A stretch of DNA of 64,000 nucleotides from Bacteroidota bacterium. GTDB lineage: Bacteria; Bacteroidota; Bacteroidia; Bacteroidales; WCHB1-69. Below the pieces are notes generated by a model. It did not search any database. It had not been told where the DNA came from and saw only the letters and a program-made list of their open reading frames with translations. Positions within the stretch are counted from its first letter, which is position 1; each line of letters starts with the position of its first letter. The stretch spans positions 87,028-151,027 of the forward strand of contig JAGDMF010000006.1 in the NCBI GenBank assembly GCA_017860455.1, read 5' to 3'. Position numbers and translations under genes: made by a program. Below are positions 59,948-64,000 of this stretch, piece by piece.

Positions 59948-60017
59948 ACAATTCTGAAAAAAGTCGCGGTTTTAGTAATCAGAAGATAATTTAAAAAAAA
60001 TCTAAACTAAATTAAAA

Positions 60018-60362
60018 ATGAAAGATATGCCAACCTGGATTATTATTACATTTATATCAGCTCCAATTGTCGCCATTGGATTGAATCTAATTTTGAGAAA
60101 ACCATTAAATGAATCCGTTAAGAAAAGGAGACTTATTAGTACAATAGTATTCTTTGCTCTAATTTTTATTATTGCCTGTTTATCAATTTATTATAGTTTA
60201 AGTCTTTATGGTAATTTAACCGGTGTTTCTGCTACCTTAAAAGAAATGTTTTCTAATTGGGCTATCATATTTCAACTTCTTTTGTTCGTTTTATTATTCT
60301 TTTATCAATTTTTCAGAAAAGATAAAAAGAGACAAGAGACAAGTTACCAGAACCCAAAGTAA
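60018..60362 (+). CDS. hypothetical membrane protein
   Basis: 114-aa ORF with three or four TM helices. Confidence 0.45.
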   Translation: MKDMPTWIIITFISAPIVAIGLNLILRKPLNESVKKRRLISTIVFFALIFIIACLSIYYSLSLYGNLTGVSATLKEMFSNWAIIFQLLLFVLLFFYQFFRKDKKRQETSYQNPK

Positions 60363-60386
60363 ATACGGGATCACTATCTGTTCCGT

Positions 60387-60543
60387 GCATTAGGGCGAAG
60401 GCCAGGTACCCCGCAAGTTTTTTTGCTTAGGGGATGTTGGATCGGGCAGAGCGACCTTGGGAGCTACTGCCCGGCCGATCAGACCCTTAGCATAAAAAAC
60501 GCGGAGTATGGGCCGGAGACCGACGGCGAGCCTGCGAGCCGGA
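60387..60543 (+). repeat. GC-rich structured core repeat, copy 3
   Basis: Aligns end to end with 13464-13617. Differences are confined to predicted hairpin loops. Confidence 0.85.
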
Positions 60544-60550
60544 ATGCCCA

Positions 60551-60725
60551 AATTAATAAGCTAATGAGCTAATGAGATAATAAGCTAATTATTAATGAAT
60601 AATGAATAATGAAACAAGTGTAGAAAGATTGCAGGATTTTAAAGCGATTCAACCTTTCAACTTTCAACAGCGCAGCGTTCAACTTTCAACTTTAAACAGC
60701 GAAGCGTTCAACCTTTAAACAGCTA
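60551..60725. repeat. word arrays (TAAGCTAA/TGAGCTAA, AATGAATA, TTCAACTT with CAGCGNAGCG spacers)
   Basis: Read directly between the GC-rich core and the DPP-IV stop codon. Confidence 0.8.
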
Positions 60726-60729
60726 ATAG

Positions 60730-62916
60730 CTACAAATTCTTCAAAATAAAATCCGTCAACTTAGTATAGAGATGCAACCTCGTATTGCCCCCCATGATAA
60801 AGTGATTTTTATTGGGATAAAAGAACTGTTCATATTGAAAGCCTGCTTCATTTAAAGCAGTTACTAGTTCCATCGAATTTTGAAAATGGACATTGTCATC
60901 AGCAGTACCATGAACCAATAAGTAATTTCCGGTTGCTTTGTTGGCAAAGAAAATAGGCGAATTATCATCATAACCTTTTGGGTTTTGAGCAGGAGTAGTC
61001 AAAAAACGTTCGGTGTAGATATTGTCGTAATAGCGCCAGTTGGTCACAGGGGCTACGGCCATCACCGTTTTGAAGATCCCCTCCCCTTTCATCATCGATA
61101 AAGTGGAAAGATAACCACCAAAACTCCATCCCCAGATCCCGATTCTTTGAGGATCTACATAAGGTAATGATTGTAAATATTTTGCTGTATTGATCTGATC
61201 TTCAGATTCCATTTTTCCCATATTCCGATACACTTGCTTTTTGAAATCTGCTCCACGGGCAGCAGTTCCTCTTCCATCCACGCAAACCACTATGTACCCT
61301 TTTTGAGCCAACATCTGGTACCACAAATCATCATTCATCCTCCGCATTCCATTCATCACCTCCTGAGAACCGGGACCGCCGTAACAATAGATCAACACAG
61401 GGTACTTTTGATTTGAATTAAAATTGGCCGGTTTGAGCATCCAACCATATAAAGTTACATTATCTTTGGTAACGAAACTGATCATCTCTTTTTTAGAGAA
61501 ATGGTAATCTTCCATTTTCTTTTTGAGGTTGGCATTATCGGCCAAAACTCTCAATTGTTTCCCTTTTTTATCATAAATAGCGTGAACGGGAGGCGTATTC
61601 ATGTCAGAAGTTGACAATTTATAATAACTGCCTGTGGTGCTAAATTCTGCTGTTGACCAGCCATTTCCGGAAGATAAAAGCTGTTTTTTCTTGCCATCGA
61701 AGCTTATCACGTAAAGATCTCGGTTGTAGATTCCTGATTCGTTAGATAGATAATAGATTTTTTGCTCTTTCTGATCGATATATACAATAGAAGCCACTTC
61801 CCAGTTTCCGGTTGTAAGTTGGGTGATTTTATTGTTGTAATCAGAGAAATAGATATGTCTGAACCCATCTTTTTCTGATGTAAATAAGAATCTTTTTTGA
61901 TCTTTCAGGAATAAAATCTCTTCCGGTAAATCGATCCAAACGGGCAATTTCTCGACATAAATAACTTTCTTATCTGTTTTGGGGAGATCCATCGCAAATA
62001 ACTCCATTCGGGTTTGATCGCGGTTTAGTTTTACAACCACCAGTTGATTGGGAATCGCACTCCACATCATCCTTGGGTAGTAACAATCTTCAATGGTATC
62101 AAAACCCAGATCGTAGGATTTTTGTGTATTTAAGTCGTAATAGAAAAGCTGGATTTTAGAGTTTGCTTCTCCCGGTTTTGGATATTTGTATTTGTATTGT
62201 TCAGGATAAAGTTCTCCCCAAAGGTTCATTGAAAACTCTTTCACCTGAGACTCATCAAAGCGGTGATATCCAATTTTAGTTCCATCGGGTGACCAAACAA
62301 ACGCTTGAGAAAGTTCCAGTTCCTCTTCATACACCCAATCTGCCATTCCGTTAATGATGTTGTTTTGTTTGCCGTCTGTAGTGATTTGAGTTTCTTTTCC
62401 CGATGTTAAATCAGCTATAAAAAGGTTATTATCTCTCACAAAAGCCACTTTATCCCCTTGAGGAGAGAAGGTTGCAAAAGATTGTTTTCCTTTGGTCGTA
62501 TCGGTAACTAAAATCAACGTATCCTTAGCGATATCATAAACATAAAAGAATGCTTTAGAACTTCTCCGATAGATCATCTCCTGTTGGGTAGCTATCATGA
62601 TTTTTTGCTCTTTGTCATCAAAATAATACTCATCGATATCTCTGACTGAAAGTTTCCCTTTTGACAATTCGCTTAATCGGGTACTTTTCAAAATGGTAGC
62701 TACCAATTCACCGGTTGAGAACTGATGTTTATCGATGCCGGAACGAGAGATCATCGTATAACAATCGGAGACAGGCATAGATTGGAAACCCGGCACATAA
62801 TCGGGTCTGAAAGTTCCGTTTTTCCAGATATCTTCGAGTGTAATCTGTTTATTTTGAGCGAAAGTGACCAATATCGATAGTCCAAAAACCAATAACAAAG
62901 CGAGTTTTTTCATCAT
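60730..62916 (-). CDS. S9 family peptidase, dipeptidyl-peptidase IV-like
   Basis: N-terminal DPP-IV beta-propeller region, catalytic GWSFGGY, and HGTADDNVH. Confidence 0.9.
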   Translation of the reverse strand: MMKKLALLLVFGLSILVTFAQNKQITLEDIWKNGTFRPDYVPGFQSMPVSDCYTMISRSGIDKHQFSTGELVATILKSTRLSELSKGKLSVRDIDEYYFDDKEQKIMIATQQEMIYRRSSKAFFYVYDIAKDTLILVTDTTKGKQSFATFSPQGDKVAFVRDNNLFIADLTSGKETQITTDGKQNNIINGMADWVYEEELELSQAFVWSPDGTKIGYHRFDESQVKEFSMNLWGELYPEQYKYKYPKPGEANSKIQLFYYDLNTQKSYDLGFDTIEDCYYPRMMWSAIPNQLVVVKLNRDQTRMELFAMDLPKTDKKVIYVEKLPVWIDLPEEILFLKDQKRFLFTSEKDGFRHIYFSDYNNKITQLTTGNWEVASIVYIDQKEQKIYYLSNESGIYNRDLYVISFDGKKKQLLSSGNGWSTAEFSTTGSYYKLSTSDMNTPPVHAIYDKKGKQLRVLADNANLKKKMEDYHFSKKEMISFVTKDNVTLYGWMLKPANFNSNQKYPVLIYCYGGPGSQEVMNGMRRMNDDLWYQMLAQKGYIVVCVDGRGTAARGADFKKQVYRNMGKMESEDQINTAKYLQSLPYVDPQRIGIWGWSFGGYLSTLSMMKGEGIFKTVMAVAPVTNWRYYDNIYTERFLTTPAQNPKGYDDNSPIFFANKATGNYLLVHGTADDNVHFQNSMELVTALNEAGFQYEQFFYPNKNHFIMGGNTRLHLYTKLTDFILKNL

Positions 62917-62932
62917 TTTTAATTTTAGGATG

Positions 62933-62940
62933 CAAAAATA
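62933..62940 (-). promoter_or_regulatory. Bacteroidota -7 promoter box for the DPP-IV gene
   Basis: Plus strand reads CAAAAATA, 17 nt upstream of the ATG. In gene orientation it is preceded by ATTAGCAC words. Confidence 0.5.
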
Positions 62941-62949
62941 CGAAATAAT

Positions 62950-63093
62950 GTGCTAATGTGCTAATGTGCTGATGTGCTAATGTGCTAATGTGCTAATGTG
63001 CTGATGTGCTAATGTGCTAATGTGCTGATGTGCTAATTAGGCGAAGGGCGAAAGAAAATTAGCAAATTAGCAAATTTGTAATTTAGCAAATTA
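62950..63093 (+). repeat. GTGCTAAT x11 array, then GGCGAAGG words, then TTAGCAAA words
   Basis: 62950-63037 is exactly 11 octamers (GTGCTAAT/GTGCTGAT). Further words follow at 63040-63054 and 63059-63093. Confidence 0.95.
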
Positions 63094-63123
63094 GGAAATA
63101 TCAATTTGGAGTTTGGTTTAAAA

Positions 63124-63960
63124 TTATGAAATTTTCATAAGATCTATAAGTTTAATAAAATATTCTTGTGACCAAATATCTAATGGTTGCTGATTCTTGA
63201 TAAAAGGTCGAACATCATTTTTGACTAAATTAATATCTGTCCTTTCAATGCGCTCTTTCATCATAGATTTAAAGATTTCAATCGAAAAATCATCTGTTGG
63301 TATTTTGTTGATTTGCTGTGTTCTATTTTGAAGATGTTTAAAATTTAAGGGAATTTGATTTCTACAATACCATTCAAAATCATACCAATCCCGCCCTTTA
63401 ACACGCTTATTCCATTTTCTGAATAAAAAAGCATGAATTTTTCCTGCGAATAAATTTGGTAAAGTATAACAATTGACCATAAAAGAAAATGGCAAAAGCA
63501 ATAATTTATAATCGGTTTCAAACCCTAATGGAGGGTTTTTGTCAATTTCAATTTTTATTTTTATTTGTTTTTCTGTTGTAAAAGAAAGATCATATATCTC
63601 AGTATTATCTTTAAGAAATGCCGATTCAACATTCGTTTCTGATTTTTTTTCCTTTTTTGATATGGCTACTTTTCTTCCATGAAGAGAAAATTCATCCATA
63701 ATAGAATCAAAATAGTTTTCCAGATGAAATGAATCATCTGTTTCTAGTAAAGAAAAATCCATATCTTCTGAAAAGCGATCTAATCCATAAAAGATTCTTA
63801 AACAAGTACCTCCATAAAAAGCAGCTTTACTAAAAAATCCACCTCTATAAAGTCCTGCTAATACAATTTGTTGCATCACTTCGTGAGTAGCATTGATTTG
63901 ATCTTCTCTGGTTGTAATAGAATAACGAGACATCATTTGTGAAAAAAGTGTAGTGTTCAT
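63124..63960 (-). CDS. nucleotidyltransferase AbiEii/AbiGii toxin family protein
   Basis: FYGGTCLRIFYGLDRFSEDMDFS and GKIHAFLFRKWNKRVKGRDWYDF fit the AbiEii (DUF1814) pattern. Confidence 0.8.
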   Translation of the reverse strand: MNTTLFSQMMSRYSITTREDQINATHEVMQQIVLAGLYRGGFFSKAAFYGGTCLRIFYGLDRFSEDMDFSLLETDDSFHLENYFDSIMDEFSLHGRKVAISKKEKKSETNVESAFLKDNTEIYDLSFTTEKQIKIKIEIDKNPPLGFETDYKLLLLPFSFMVNCYTLPNLFAGKIHAFLFRKWNKRVKGRDWYDFEWYCRNQIPLNFKHLQNRTQQINKIPTDDFSIEIFKSMMKERIERTDINLVKNDVRPFIKNQQPLDIWSQEYFIKLIDLMKIS

Positions 63961-64000
63961 AAGTTTTTGTTTATTAGTTGGTAGTAAGTTATTACTTGCG
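63957..64000 (-). CDS. 3' end of an upstream ORF overlapping the AbiEii start (possible AbiEi-type antitoxin)
   Basis: The frame ...QVITYYQLINKNL stops at a TGA that overlaps the AbiEii ATG (ATGA). Only 14 codons are visible. Confidence 0.3.
   Translation of the reverse strand, partial: QVITYYQLINKNL

Noticed and set aside
105-63093. CRISPR arrays among the many tandem repeats
   Set aside because: The units are 8-14 bp and directly abutting, with no unique spacers of ~30 bp. No cas genes are present.

Overview
This is an AT-rich Bacteroidota-type chromosomal segment. It has TAnnTTTG -7 promoter boxes, several T9SS C-terminal sorting domains, and no tRNA, rRNA or CRISPR that I could recognise. 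The left ~13 kb is an accessory/defence region. It holds small coupled lipoprotein or immunity-like genes, a GNAT, DUF3795 and a truncated DUF1016. It also holds a minus-strand cluster of four genes: an OLD-family ATPase/Toprim (GajA-like), a UvrD-like helicase (GajB-like), an uncharacterised 802-aa HsdR-N-like nuclease + P-loop NTPase, and a PIN-like (DUF4935) protein. These genes are led and interrupted by unusually long, relatively GC-rich non-coding spacers that carry a recurrent TTTGCCRAC motif. I found only one canonical -7 box for the whole cluster. This extended Gabija-like module is my best candidate for an undescribed system. The island abuts mltG, whose 3' end is replaced by a GC-rich ~155-nt structured repeat. 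That repeat occurs two more times in the window (one copy truncated), always 3' of minus-strand genes. The rest of the window is housekeeping or secreted-protein DNA: MlaD, CzcD, PepO, arcC, glnS, rfbA, argF, a hybrid histidine kinase, nadD, gmk, DPP-IV, and an rplV-to-rpsE ribosomal block cut off from its usual neighbours. It also includes Fic and AbiEii toxin-type genes. Intergenic DNA throughout is filled with modular tandem arrays of 8-9-bp words (GGCGAAGG, TTAGCAAA, GAGCATTC, GTGCTAAT, ACAGGTAAC and others) placed at stop codons or directly upstream of -7 boxes. Two T9SS cargo genes each carry a single in-frame TAA. All protein-family calls come from motifs read by eye and recalled family signatures. 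No database search was run.
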